Source: Candidatus Taenariivivens baikalensis (GTDB lineage Bacteria > Omnitrophota > Omnitrophia > Omnitrophales > Aquincolibacteriaceae). From it: a DNA stretch of 64,000 nt. A program made the position numbers and the translations under genes. Of the stretch, positions 43,835 through 52,924 are shown piece after piece; position 1 is the first letter of the stretch; each line of letters starts with the position of its first letter. The stretch lies in contig SICL01000002.1 of assembly GCA_009691445.1 (NCBI GenBank), positions 64,063 to 128,062 of the forward strand, given 5' to 3'. The notes below the pieces were generated by a model, which saw only the letters and a program-made list of their open reading frames with translations, made no database searches and was not told the DNA's origin.

Positions 43835-44607
43835 AGGACTTCCTCCAATTTGGAAAATCGCACATAAGGATCTACCTGAGCGAGAAGATGAAGCCCATCC
43901 AGACTTTTAGAGATGGCGCTAATTTTTCCAATCCGAAGCCCCTTGGGAAAAAGCTCGCCGACACCCGAAGTCAGAACGTCTTCACCCACTTGCACGCCGC
44001 TATCCAAATCAAGATACAGCATGGAAAGTTTCTGGGATCCATCCCCAGCAGCAACCCCCTGTGAGCGGCTCTCACTGGTGACGACACTTACTCGCGCTTC
44101 TGGATCCGTTAGCAAAATTCCACGCGACGCGGAGGGAGCCGACTGAAGGACTCTTCCGACCAACCCCTCGGAAACAATGATAGCCATATCTTTTTTGACG
44201 TGTTCTTTGGTCCCTTTATCCAATAGGATCATTTTCCGGAGCAATGAGGGGTCCCACCCAATCACACGGGCAGCCACTGGCTTAGCGGAAAGTGTGTCAC
44301 GAAAAATAAGTAGTTTTTTCAGTCGCTGATTTTCTTTTTCAAGCTCCTGATGTCTAAGGATTTGAGACTGCAAGCGTTCAATTTCATCCTGGGCAAACTG
44401 ATTTTGACGAAAGGTCTCCAAAAAAAGCAAAAGGCTTCCTTGGGTATCATGCGTTATTTGCGTTAACCGGTTTCCGCTTTCGATAAACGGTTTCATCAGG
44501 GCAAGCGAGGCCGTATGGATTGATTCCGAGGTCTGAGGATTTTGCAGAAAGAAAAAGAGCGGCAGTGAAAAGGCGGCGAAGAAAAAGTACCGTTTTTGTT
44601 GGCGCAT
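43807..44607 (-). CDS. mreC: Rod shape-determining protein MreC
   Basis: N-terminal TM helix plus coiled coil, then the MreC beta domain. The protein is 266 aa. Confidence 0.85.
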   Translation of the reverse strand: MRQQKRYFFFAAFSLPLFFFLQNPQTSESIHTASLALMKPFIESGNRLTQITHDTQGSLLLFLETFRQNQFAQDEIERLQSQILRHQELEKENQRLKKLLIFRDTLSAKPVAARVIGWDPSLLRKMILLDKGTKEHVKKDMAIIVSEGLVGRVLQSAPSASRGILLTDPEARVSVVTSESRSQGVAAGDGSQKLSMLYLDLDSGVQVGEDVLTSGVGELFPKGLRIGKISAISKSLDGLHLLAQVDPYVRFSKLEEVLCLGSSRQK

Positions 44608-44864
44608 GCCGCAAATTATACGCGTATCTGTGCATTCTGAGAATTGAAATTTTAAAAAAATTCTAAAAATTGAATTTCAAAATATTGAACTTTTTAAAAT
44701 TCATACTAAGAAAGGTTATTAAATTCCAATCCCAATGGAAAAGAAACAAAGCTCAAAGGATTTACTGGAAGAGATCATAATGAGCGGATATTTTTGAATT
44801 TTCCGTCAGAGGAAGGATCCGCCGACGCTGTTTGGTGGAGGCGCGTGAGTTTTTGGATTAACTC

Positions 44865-45917
44865 TTAGTAGCTTCGAGTATTAGAAGAATTGACCGCAAG
44901 ACGTTTGAGCAGGTGGAAATCACTTAAATAACGACCGGTTCCCATAGCTACAGCCGTTAAAGGATCATCGGCGACATGGACTGGAAGACCTGTCTCTTCA
45001 CTAATAAGCTTATCCAACCCTCGAAGCAACGCGCCGCCTCCGGCAAGAACAAGGCCGCGGTCAATCAGATCCGCAGAAAGCTCAGGAGGCGTGCGCTCAA
45101 GAGCAATCCGAACGGCTTCAAGAATTGTGGAAAGTGGTTCTGCCAAGGCCTCGCGGATTTCTTCACTGGTAATGGTCACGGTCTTAGGAAGACCGGCTAG
45201 AATGTCACGTCCTTTAACTTCGAGCGTCAGTTCTTGTTCAAGAGGATAGGCAGAACCGATCCGGATTTTGATTTCTTCCGCGGTTCGTTCTCCGATCATG
45301 AGGTTGTAGGCCTTTTTCAGGTGCATCACAATCGCATCATCAAATTCATCGCCGCCGATGCGGATGCTTTTTGAAAAAACAATTCCGGCCAAGGAAATGA
45401 CCGCAATTTCGGTGGTCCCGCCGCCAATATCAATAATCATATTTCCCGAGGGCTCTTGGATGGGAAGTCCGACACCGATTGCAGCCGCAATGGGTTCTTC
45501 CACAAGATAAACAGGTGTGCGCGCGCCCGCTCTTTCGGCAGAATCTTTCACAGCACGTTTCTCTACTTCTGTGATACCGCTTGGAACTGCGATGACAACG
45601 CGGGGAGAAACAAGACGGTTTTTGCGGTGAACTTTGCGGATAAAATAGCGCAGCATTGCCTCGGTAATATCGAAATCGGCAATCACGCCGTCTTTCATCG
45701 GACGGATCGCCGTAATGTTTCCGGGAGTACGTCCCAGCATTCTTTTGGCTTCTTCTCCCACAGCAAGAACAGTACCCGTGGAACGATCAATCGCAACAAC
45801 CGAAGGCTCGCAAAGCACAACGCCCTGACCCTTGACGTAAACAAGTGTGTTCGCAGTTCCGAGATCAATTCCAATATCGCTAGAGAAAAATGCCAACACG
45901 CGGTCAAGCAAGAACAT
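44865..45917 (-). CDS. mreB: Rod shape-determining protein MreB
   Basis: [28 protein letters not shown]… gives an actin-fold MreB signature. Confidence 0.95.
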   Translation of the reverse strand: MFLLDRVLAFFSSDIGIDLGTANTLVYVKGQGVVLCEPSVVAIDRSTGTVLAVGEEAKRMLGRTPGNITAIRPMKDGVIADFDITEAMLRYFIRKVHRKNRLVSPRVVIAVPSGITEVEKRAVKDSAERAGARTPVYLVEEPIAAAIGVGLPIQEPSGNMIIDIGGGTTEIAVISLAGIVFSKSIRIGGDEFDDAIVMHLKKAYNLMIGERTAEEIKIRIGSAYPLEQELTLEVKGRDILAGLPKTVTITSEEIREALAEPLSTILEAVRIALERTPPELSADLIDRGLVLAGGGALLRGLDKLISEETGLPVHVADDPLTAVAMGTGRYLSDFHLLKRLAVNSSNTRSY

Positions 45918-46011
45918 GGGTCTTAATTCCTTTTGTGGGTAAGGTTTTGAAGCGGGCCCAGTATATCGAAATCACTCTACCCTGTCAACGAGTACGTTCC
46001 CGTTTTTGATC

Positions 46012-46120
46012 GTCATCCTGAACGAAGTGTCCGCCGAAGGACGGATCCGTCCGACGAATTGTGGCCGAAAGGCTCTTTAAGCGCCTGAATAAAAATTCTT
46101 CGCCGCGGGCTCAGAATGAC
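46012..46120. repeat. MITE-like element, family B copy (gtcatcctgaacgaagtgtccgccgaaggacggatccgtccgacg … cttcgccgcgggctcagaatgac)
   Basis: The TIRs and internal palindrome are near-identical to the 31436 copy. It lies in the aroA-mreB intergenic region. Confidence 0.65.
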
Positions 46121-46144
46121 AAATAGGGTCAGGAGAAAAAGGAA

Positions 46145-47452
46145 TCAACGGTTTTTTTTCAGCCGTTCAAACTCCTCAAAAAAAGAAGGAAAAGAGGTTG
46201 CTACGCATGTTACATCATCAATAATCATGTCTCCCTGTGTCATCAGGGAGGCTATGGAAAAACTCATGGCAGTGCGGTGATCCCAATGAGTTTGAATCCG
46301 GCTGCCCTGAAAATGAGAAACTCCACGGATAAGACAGCCGTCCGCAAGTTCCTCGGCATTGGCTCCTACCGCTTTCAAATTTTGAACCATGGACTGGATA
46401 CGGTCACTTTCCTTCACCCTCAACTCTTGGGCTCCGGAGACCAAACTTTCTCCCTCTGCAAGGGCCATTGCTATCATCAGAATAGGAAGTTCATCAATCA
46501 GACTTGGAATTTCTTCCGGAGCCACACGCGTCCCATTGAGCCTCCGGCCCTCCACACGAATAGTTCCCATAGGTTCCGGTAATTCCTGAGTCATATGAAT
46601 CTCCAAAAAAGCCCCCATCCGCTTTAAAACATTCAAAAAACCGGTACGCGTAGGGTTCAAACAAACATTCTCCACTTCCAGAGAAGAGCCGGGCGCCATG
46701 GCTGCCCCTACGATAAAAAAAGCTGCTGCCGACATATCGCCAGGAATCTCACCTGAAACAGCCTTTAATCGTTCCGTTTTTTCAATATGAAGAACATTTC
46801 CCTCTTTTTTGAACTCAGCACCGCAAGCGTAAAGAAACCGCTCCGTATGATCACGCGATGGAAGTTTTTCAATCACGCGAGTGGTACCCTCAGCCTGCAG
46901 ACCTGCCAATAAAATCGCTGATTTAACCTGAGCACTCGCAAGCACGTTATCATATTCAATCGCCCTGAGATTACCCCCGCGAATGGTAAGAGGAGAAAAA
47001 TTCGCGTCCGCACTTCCTTTAATCTGGGCGCCCATTTTTTTGAGAGGCTGCGTGACCCTCTTCATTGGACGTTTGGATAAAGATGGATCTCCGGAAAGCA
47101 CGACTTCCAGTTTCTGCCCGGCTAAAATCCCAAGAAGAAGTCTCATGCTTGTTCCTGAATTACCAAGATTAATTTCCGCAGAAGGCCGCTTCAAACCTTG
47201 AAGACCGACACCATGAATGGTAATTTTCCCTTTTCCTTTTTCGTAATCCATAAGAACGCCCATCGCTTGAAATGCCTGCATCGTATGAAGACAATCCTCG
47301 GCTTCAAGAAAATGAGAGAAGGAACTATTCCCTTCGGCTAGGGCTCCAAACATCACAGCACGGTGAGAAATCGATTTATCGCCGGGAGGAATAAGCCGGC
47401 CTTGCAACGTTTTGGAAGGAGGAATCACCAGAGACTTCATAGAAGAAAGCAA
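46145..47452 (-). CDS. aroA: 3-phosphoshikimate 1-carboxyvinyltransferase (EPSP synthase)
   Basis: LQGRLIPPGDKSISHRAVMFGALAEG…. Confidence 0.92.
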   Translation of the reverse strand: MLSSMKSLVIPPSKTLQGRLIPPGDKSISHRAVMFGALAEGNSSFSHFLEAEDCLHTMQAFQAMGVLMDYEKGKGKITIHGVGLQGLKRPSAEINLGNSGTSMRLLLGILAGQKLEVVLSGDPSLSKRPMKRVTQPLKKMGAQIKGSADANFSPLTIRGGNLRAIEYDNVLASAQVKSAILLAGLQAEGTTRVIEKLPSRDHTERFLYACGAEFKKEGNVLHIEKTERLKAVSGEIPGDMSAAAFFIVGAAMAPGSSLEVENVCLNPTRTGFLNVLKRMGAFLEIHMTQELPEPMGTIRVEGRRLNGTRVAPEEIPSLIDELPILMIAMALAEGESLVSGAQELRVKESDRIQSMVQNLKAVGANAEELADGCLIRGVSHFQGSRIQTHWDHRTAMSFSIASLMTQGDMIIDDVTCVATSFPSFFEEFERLKKNR

Positions 47453-47707
47453 CTAGCCCCGATGGGCCCAGACTTTAAGGGTATCAAGTTTTTCTGAAAG
47501 TTCTTGGATTTTACTCAGAAGAGATGTCTGTTGTTTCTGGATTTCATCAAGTTTTTTCTCCAAACCTTCGATGCGCGGCATCATAATATCCTGTGTATTT
47601 GCAGCTTGGGAGGATGGCGAACAAAATAAAAAACTTAACGCAAGAAGAACTAGAAGGAAAAGATCAAGCCGCTTTGGTGATTGAATCACCCACTTCAATG
47701 GGCGCAT
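47453..47707 (-). CDS. Possible small secreted coiled-coil protein (84 aa)
   Basis: MRPLKWVIQSPKRLDLFLLVLLALSFLFCSPSSQA signal, then a heptad-like region. Its 5' 44 nt overlap the end of the 288-aa gene. It may be spurious. Confidence 0.3.
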   Translation of the reverse strand: MRPLKWVIQSPKRLDLFLLVLLALSFLFCSPSSQAANTQDIMMPRIEGLEKKLDEIQKQQTSLLSKIQELSEKLDTLKVWAHRG

Positions 47708-48530
47708 TTGAATTTTCCTCAAGTATAGTGGCCGCAGAAAAATTGTCGTAAAGTTTCTCAATTTGAAGCGCACCTGAGGGCTTGCCGTCACGCTTGACGA
47801 TATATTTATCACCAATTTTAGTCCCATCCTCCGTGCCGACATTAATTACGACAAATTTAAATTGACGGTTGACCGTCAATACCCTTTGCTTTCCCACCGC
47901 CGGAGGCATGACAGGACCCGCAACAGGAGTTCCGGCCGTAATTGCAGTCTTAATCTCTTGAACTTGTGGCACGGCCGTCATCACAGGCGAAAGAGCAGGA
48001 AGTACGACCGGAGGCAAAACAGGGGCAGGCGCCAATACTTTTTCTTCCAGCATTTTTAATTTCTTCTGAAGATCAGCGATCTCCAAGCGTCGTTTTTCAA
48101 TACCCCGTTGAATCTCATTACGGGCGACATCATCGCGGTGTTGAGCCTGAGCGAACAGATCGCGAAACTGGGTCTCAAGTATTTTTTGTTCCTCAACCGC
48201 CGACTCCAGCGCTGCCGTACGTTCGCTTAAAGCAACGTGGGAAGATTCCAAAGCCTTACGCTGCTTGGTCTCTAAAAGTAATGATTCATGAAGATAAATG
48301 ACGCCTACAATTGCTGCCACACCAAGAGTAATGGCGGAAAAAATTGAGAATTTTATTCCCGTCAGCTTTGGTTTAATAATCGTAGGAGCGGAGGTTGTGG
48401 GAATCAGCGCCACAAGATCTTTTTCGAGTCTAAGATCGGCTTCGGTAAGCTGCGTATAAATCGAGGACATGGGAAGCACCCCCCTTTTTTGATCAAGATT
48501 TGTTTCAGGTCGTAAGGATTTGAGTGCCAC
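47664..48530 (-). CDS. Hypothetical membrane-anchored coiled-coil protein with C-terminal beta domain
   Basis: One TM helix, a long coiled coil and a Pro/Val-rich linker. C-terminus: …VLTVNRQFKFVVINVGTEDGTKIGDKYIV…. Confidence 0.6.
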   Translation of the reverse strand: MALKSLRPETNLDQKRGVLPMSSIYTQLTEADLRLEKDLVALIPTTSAPTIIKPKLTGIKFSIFSAITLGVAAIVGVIYLHESLLLETKQRKALESSHVALSERTAALESAVEEQKILETQFRDLFAQAQHRDDVARNEIQRGIEKRRLEIADLQKKLKMLEEKVLAPAPVLPPVVLPALSPVMTAVPQVQEIKTAITAGTPVAGPVMPPAVGKQRVLTVNRQFKFVVINVGTEDGTKIGDKYIVKRDGKPSGALQIEKLYDNFSAATILEENSNAPIEVGDSITKAA

Positions 48531-48564
48531 TGTTATGACTCCACGATTTTTTTCATTCTATCAC

Positions 48565-48602
48565 AAAAAAAAAGGAGCAGTCAAGTGATGCTTGACTGCT
48601 CC
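48565..48602 (-). terminator. Rho-independent terminator downstream of the SWIB gene
   Basis: Perfect 12-bp stem ggagcagtcaag/cttgactgctcc with a 5-nt loop. On the minus strand it is followed by T9. Confidence 0.7.
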
Positions 48603-48618
48603 TGAAAAAATCCTTCAA

Positions 48619-48873
48619 TTAAGAAAGATGCTTGGCGACCAATTTGTTCATTTCAAACATGCTGACACAGGCTTTGCCACTAAAAACAGCTTTAAGCTTG
48701 TCATCGGCATTGATATTACGCCTATTTTTGTCATCTTGAAGTTTATGCTTCTTGATATATTCCCAAAGCTTCTTGACCACCTCGGATCGGGGAATGGGGC
48801 CGGCGCCAATCACGGCTGCGAGTTCGGAACTAAGCTTTAAAGGTTTCATGAATGCTGAATTTGCCTTTGCCAT
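48619..48873 (-). CDS. SWIB/MDM2-domain protein (84 aa)
   Basis: The start was set at the ATG at 48873, which has an AAGGAG SD 7 nt upstream. …LSSELAAVIGAGPIPRSEVVKKLWEYIKKHKLQDDKNRRNINADDKLKAVFSGKACVSMFEMNKLVAKHL matches the SWIB domain consensus. Confidence 0.8.
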   Translation of the reverse strand: MAKANSAFMKPLKLSSELAAVIGAGPIPRSEVVKKLWEYIKKHKLQDDKNRRNINADDKLKAVFSGKACVSMFEMNKLVAKHLS

Positions 48874-49084
48874 GATTTCTATCTCCTTGTGAGTTATTTT
48901 TGGATTGCAAATTGATGCTGAAGTTATACAAGACTCTTCCTTTATCGTCAAGCGCTTCGATTTCTTTAAACTCAAGACGATTCTCAGCCACCTTCCATTG
49001 CGCTGTCAAACATTGAATGAAAATATTCAACATGACTCAGGAGAGGATACGACCGTCGATGAAAACCGTCTCTGCTGCCACGTC

Positions 49085-49540
49085 CTACTTCTTAACGATC
49101 AATGATTTGAGCTCCTTCATGAAATGCCCAATGTCCTGGAATTCCCGATAGACGCTGGCAAATCGCACATAAGCCACCTGATCAATTGAAGCGAGACGTT
49201 CCATGATCATTTCACCGACAAAAGCTGTGGGTACTTCTTTGTCGTATTTTTCCCGAATAGACCGTTCCACGTAATCCACAATCCCCTCTTGCAATTCCGA
49301 AGATACCGGACGTTTTTCACACGCTTTTCGAATTCCAGCAAGCACCTTGGAACGGTCAAAAACTTCCCGGCGGCGGTCCTTCTTAATAATGTAGAGGGGA
49401 ATTTCCTCCACCCGCTCGTAAGTCGTATAGCGCTTACTGCAAGCTTCGCATTCCCGGCGGCGGCGGACGACAACTCCATCATTAGCGGCACGGGAATCTA
49501 CAACCTTATCATTTTCTTCTTTGCAAAAGGGACAGCGCAT
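49085..49540 (-). CDS. nrdR: Transcriptional repressor NrdR
   Basis: MRCPFCKEENDKVVDSRAANDGVVVRRRRECEACSKRYTTYERVEE gives the zinc ribbon plus ATP-cone architecture. Confidence 0.92.
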   Translation of the reverse strand: MRCPFCKEENDKVVDSRAANDGVVVRRRRECEACSKRYTTYERVEEIPLYIIKKDRRREVFDRSKVLAGIRKACEKRPVSSELQEGIVDYVERSIREKYDKEVPTAFVGEMIMERLASIDQVAYVRFASVYREFQDIGHFMKELKSLIVKK

Positions 49541-49618
49541 ATAAATTCAACGATAGAAAAGAGAAGAAGGAAGATAGAAGCAAAAACTTCTCTTTTTCTT
49601 TCTTCCCTCTCCCATCTT

Positions 49619-50899
49619 CTATCTTCCTTCTGATCCCGTTAGTTCCGGATAAAGCGGAAACTTTCTCGTAAGTTCAGCAACCCTTTGCCGAACCTTCGTC
49701 AAGCTTGATTCATCTTTAGGATTTTGAATGGCATTATGAATGCAGTCAGCAATCACGTCCATTTCAGCCTCTCCCATACCACGAGTGGTCACAGCCGGGG
49801 TTCCCAGACGAATCCCCGATCCCTTGAACGGAGAAAGTTTATCAAATGGAATCATGTTTTTATTCACCGTAATGTGGACCTTGTCGAGCAGATCCTGAAC
49901 TTCTTTTCCATTCGTGTTTTGCCCTGTCACATCGACTAGGAGGAGATGATTATCGGTGCCACCAGAGACAATTCGATAGCTTCGTTCAGCCATCGCCTTG
50001 GCAAGAGCTTTGGCATTTTTGATAATCTGACCAGAATAAGTTTTGAATTCGTCACTCATCGCTTCCTTAAGAGCCACTGCTTTGGCTGCAATCACATGCA
50101 TCAAAGGGCCGCCCTGGCAGCCCGGGAAAACGGCCGAATCAATGGCTTTAGCATACTGTTCGCGGCATAAAATTAACCCCGCGCGAGGACCACGAAGTGT
50201 TTTGTGGGTGGTTGTGGTCACAATATCCGCATAAGGAACTGGACTCGGATGATGACCGGAAGCCACAAGACCGGCAAAATGCGCCATATCCACCATAAGA
50301 ATCGCACCCGTTTTATCTGCGATCTCACGCCCGCGTTTAAAATCAATCACACGGGGATAAGCGGAGGCACCAAGCAAAACCATCTTGGGTTTATGTTCGA
50401 GTGCAAGCTTTTCAAGTTGATCATAATCAATACGTTCATCTTTAGGACTGACACCGTACGGGATAATCTCAAAATATTTCCCGGAAAAATTCATTTTGTG
50501 GCCGTGAGAGAGATGGCCTCCGTGCGTAAGATCCATCCCTAGGATCTTCGCACCTGGCTCCAAAAGAGCCATAAAAACAGCAATATTGGCAGAGGTTCCC
50601 GAATGAGGCTGGACATTAGCGTGCTCCGCACCAAAAAGTTTTTTGGCGCGATCAATGGCAAGCTGCTCTACGGCATCCACATGCTCGCAGCCACCATACC
50701 ACCGCTTGCCCGGGTAACCTTCCGCGTACTTATTGGTCAGGACCGAGCCCATCGCCTCGAGCACAGGGATAGACGTGAAGTTTTCGCTGGCAATGAGCTC
50801 AATGTTTTCGTTCTGACGGTGCAACTCACTCTGGATCGCCTGATAAATATCAGGATCCGCTGTTTTGAGATAAGAACCGTTAACCGTGTTTTTGTTCAT
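49619..50899 (-). CDS. glyA: Serine hydroxymethyltransferase
   Basis: …[27 protein letters not shown]… and the PLP-binding site …[11 protein letters not shown]… The start was chosen at the ATG at 50899, which gives a 20-nt overlap with rpiB. Confidence 0.92.
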   Translation of the reverse strand: MNKNTVNGSYLKTADPDIYQAIQSELHRQNENIELIASENFTSIPVLEAMGSVLTNKYAEGYPGKRWYGGCEHVDAVEQLAIDRAKKLFGAEHANVQPHSGTSANIAVFMALLEPGAKILGMDLTHGGHLSHGHKMNFSGKYFEIIPYGVSPKDERIDYDQLEKLALEHKPKMVLLGASAYPRVIDFKRGREIADKTGAILMVDMAHFAGLVASGHHPSPVPYADIVTTTTHKTLRGPRAGLILCREQYAKAIDSAVFPGCQGGPLMHVIAAKAVALKEAMSDEFKTYSGQIIKNAKALAKAMAERSYRIVSGGTDNHLLLVDVTGQNTNGKEVQDLLDKVHITVNKNMIPFDKLSPFKGSGIRLGTPAVTTRGMGEAEMDVIADCIHNAIQNPKDESSLTKVRQRVAELTRKFPLYPELTGSEGR

Positions 50900-51332
50900 A
50901 GGTTTTAATTTTGTTAACACGCTCTCCATGCCTTCCCCCTTCAAAAGATGTCCCAAACCAGGTTTCAAGAATCTGAGGTACGATCACTGAATCTAGAAAT
51001 CCGGAACCCAAAATCAGCATATTAGAATCATTATGCGCTCGGGAGAGTTCCGCTTCTTTAACGGTATGAACTAAAGCAGCACGCACGCCGTGAACCTTGT
51101 TAGCAGCGATGGAACTCCCAATCCCGGTATAGCAAACGCCGACGGCCTTTTCGCATTCGCCCTGACTGACCAGCTCAGCCGCCTTAAACATATAATCAGG
51201 ATAATCCGTTGAATCCGGAGAGAAGGTTCCACAATCAATAATTTCGTATTTTTTTTTCTTCAAAAAATCGAAAATCTGAGGCTTTAAATCAAATCCACGG
51301 TGGTCGCAGGCAAAGGCAACTTTCTTCGTCAT
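50880..51332 (-). CDS. rpiB: Ribose-5-phosphate isomerase B
   Basis: [36 protein letters not shown]…. Confidence 0.9.
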   Translation of the reverse strand: MTKKVAFACDHRGFDLKPQIFDFLKKKKYEIIDCGTFSPDSTDYPDYMFKAAELVSQGECEKAVGVCYTGIGSSIAANKVHGVRAALVHTVKEAELSRAHNDSNMLILGSGFLDSVIVPQILETWFGTSFEGGRHGERVNKIKTYEQKHG

Positions 51333-51336
51333 TCCA

Positions 51337-52425
51337 CTACCCTTCTAAATTAGCAATCTCCGACCAGTAAGCCTTTAGTTTCTTCTCAATGCTCGCCACG
51401 ACCTGTTCGTAAATCATCATCCCCATCCCAATCGGATCCGGGATATTGAGCTGCCGAATCTTCTCCTTGGCGTGAGGCATCATGCCCTGAATAAAAAGAG
51501 TGTGTTCTTCACTCATGGTGAAAATCAGATCCGAGGTCATAATATCTTCTCGCGTACAGGGCCGGGAGCGGTGGTCAGAAAGATCAATCTCGCGATTTTT
51601 CATGACTAAAATAGCTTCCATCGTGGAGGTCGCACCCTGCCGAGCGCCAATCCCGCAGGATGCAACTTCGATTTGATCCTGAAGATTTTGAAACTTGAGT
51701 TCCTTGAGAAGCCACCGTTCTGCCATCGGCGAACGGCAGGAATTCCCTGTACACACCATCAGAACCTTTTTTTGAGGATATTTTCCCTGCTTCATCACTT
51801 CCAGAGCTGCAACAATTTTTTCAATTTCAGCTCCCTCACGCACAATCTGCGGAGGGTCCATCGTCAAATCAACCACCGTGGAATCTTTCCCGATTTCACA
51901 GGGCCCTCCATCCAGAACAAAATCGATTTGTCCGTCAAATTGATCCATCACCTGCTGAGCAGTCGTGGAAGAAGGCTGTCCATTCAAATTGGCGCTCGTT
52001 CCGAAAAAAGGGATGCCGACCGCATTGATTAAAACTGACGCAATTTGATTCCGGGGAAAACGCACACCCAACTTTTGTCCGTGCCTGTTATTCACCAGAA
52101 CGGTCAAAGGACCTGGCCAGAATTTTTTGGAAAGAAAACGAAACACAGCGGACAAAGGGATTTCGAGAACATCCAACATGCCCAAATTGCCGATATGAAA
52201 TGCAATTGGTTTATGCGGATCACGGAATTTGAGCTGGGAGAGCGTCTCCTGAAGCCTGGGAACATTGATCGGACCTCCAATGCCATAAACGGTCTCCGTT
52301 GGAAATGCAACGATTTTGCCTTCGCGGCAGCCACGACCGACTTCCCGAAGCCGCATCACGTCGGGATCCTTGGGATTCATTTTAATCAGAGACGTCGCCT
52401 TCATTTTATCCGGCATAGAATCCAC
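51337..52425 (-). CDS. L-threonylcarbamoyladenylate synthase (YrdC/Sua5 domain) fused to low-molecular-weight protein-tyrosine phosphatase
   Basis: The N-terminal half has …FPTETVYGIGGPINVP… (the YrdC motif). The C-terminal half has KVLMVCTGNSCRSPMAE, the LMW-PTP CX5R(S) P-loop. Confidence 0.85.
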   Translation of the reverse strand: MDSMPDKMKATSLIKMNPKDPDVMRLREVGRGCREGKIVAFPTETVYGIGGPINVPRLQETLSQLKFRDPHKPIAFHIGNLGMLDVLEIPLSAVFRFLSKKFWPGPLTVLVNNRHGQKLGVRFPRNQIASVLINAVGIPFFGTSANLNGQPSSTTAQQVMDQFDGQIDFVLDGGPCEIGKDSTVVDLTMDPPQIVREGAEIEKIVAALEVMKQGKYPQKKVLMVCTGNSCRSPMAERWLLKELKFQNLQDQIEVASCGIGARQGATSTMEAILVMKNREIDLSDHRSRPCTREDIMTSDLIFTMSEEHTLFIQGMMPHAKEKIRQLNIPDPIGMGMMIYEQVVASIEKKLKAYWSEIANLEG

Positions 52426-52426
52426 T

Positions 52427-52924
52427 TTAGATTTTATTTAGTTTTTCGTTCTTTGCTTTGACTTCATCCGCAAGTTTGATCTTGAAAGCTAAAAGCTTCT
52501 TACGTAAATTTTCATCCGCCAACGCTAAAATCTGGATCGCTAAAATTGCGGCATTCTTCGCGCCGGACTTTCCAATGGCAACGGTCGCCACCGGAATTCC
52601 CGAAGGCATTTGCACCGTCGCAAGAAGCGCATCCAACCCATTCAATGGCGAAGAATCAATCGGAACTCCAATCACAGGAAGTATCGTGTGGGCGGCCACC
52701 ACTCCGGCTAAATGGGCCGCGCCTCCAGCCCCAGCAATAAAAACTTTAATCCCTTTTTCCGAGGCTGATGACGCATACTCGGAAACCAAATAAGGACTCC
52801 GATGTGCGCTAAGAACCTGGAGCTGATAAGAAACGCCAAACTCCTTTAAAATTTCAACCGCAGAATTCATGGTTGGAAGATCTGAATCACTTCCCATCAA
52901 AATTGCAACAAGCGGCTGGCTCAT
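52427..52924 (-). CDS. purE: N5-carboxyaminoimidazole ribonucleotide mutase
   Basis: [14 protein letters not shown]…SAHRSP… is the PurE signature. Confidence 0.92.
   Translation of the reverse strand: MSQPLVAILMGSDSDLPTMNSAVEILKEFGVSYQLQVLSAHRSPYLVSEYASSASEKGIKVFIAGAGGAAHLAGVVAAHTILPVIGVPIDSSPLNGLDALLATVQMPSGIPVATVAIGKSGAKNAAILAIQILALADENLRKKLLAFKIKLADEVKAKNEKLNKI

Noticed and set aside
44608-44864. Possible CRISPR-like or tandem repeat array in the AT-rich mreB-mreC spacer
   Set aside because: The repeats are short (9-12 nt), irregularly spaced and AT-rich. There is no conserved repeat-spacer periodicity and no cas genes anywhere in the window.
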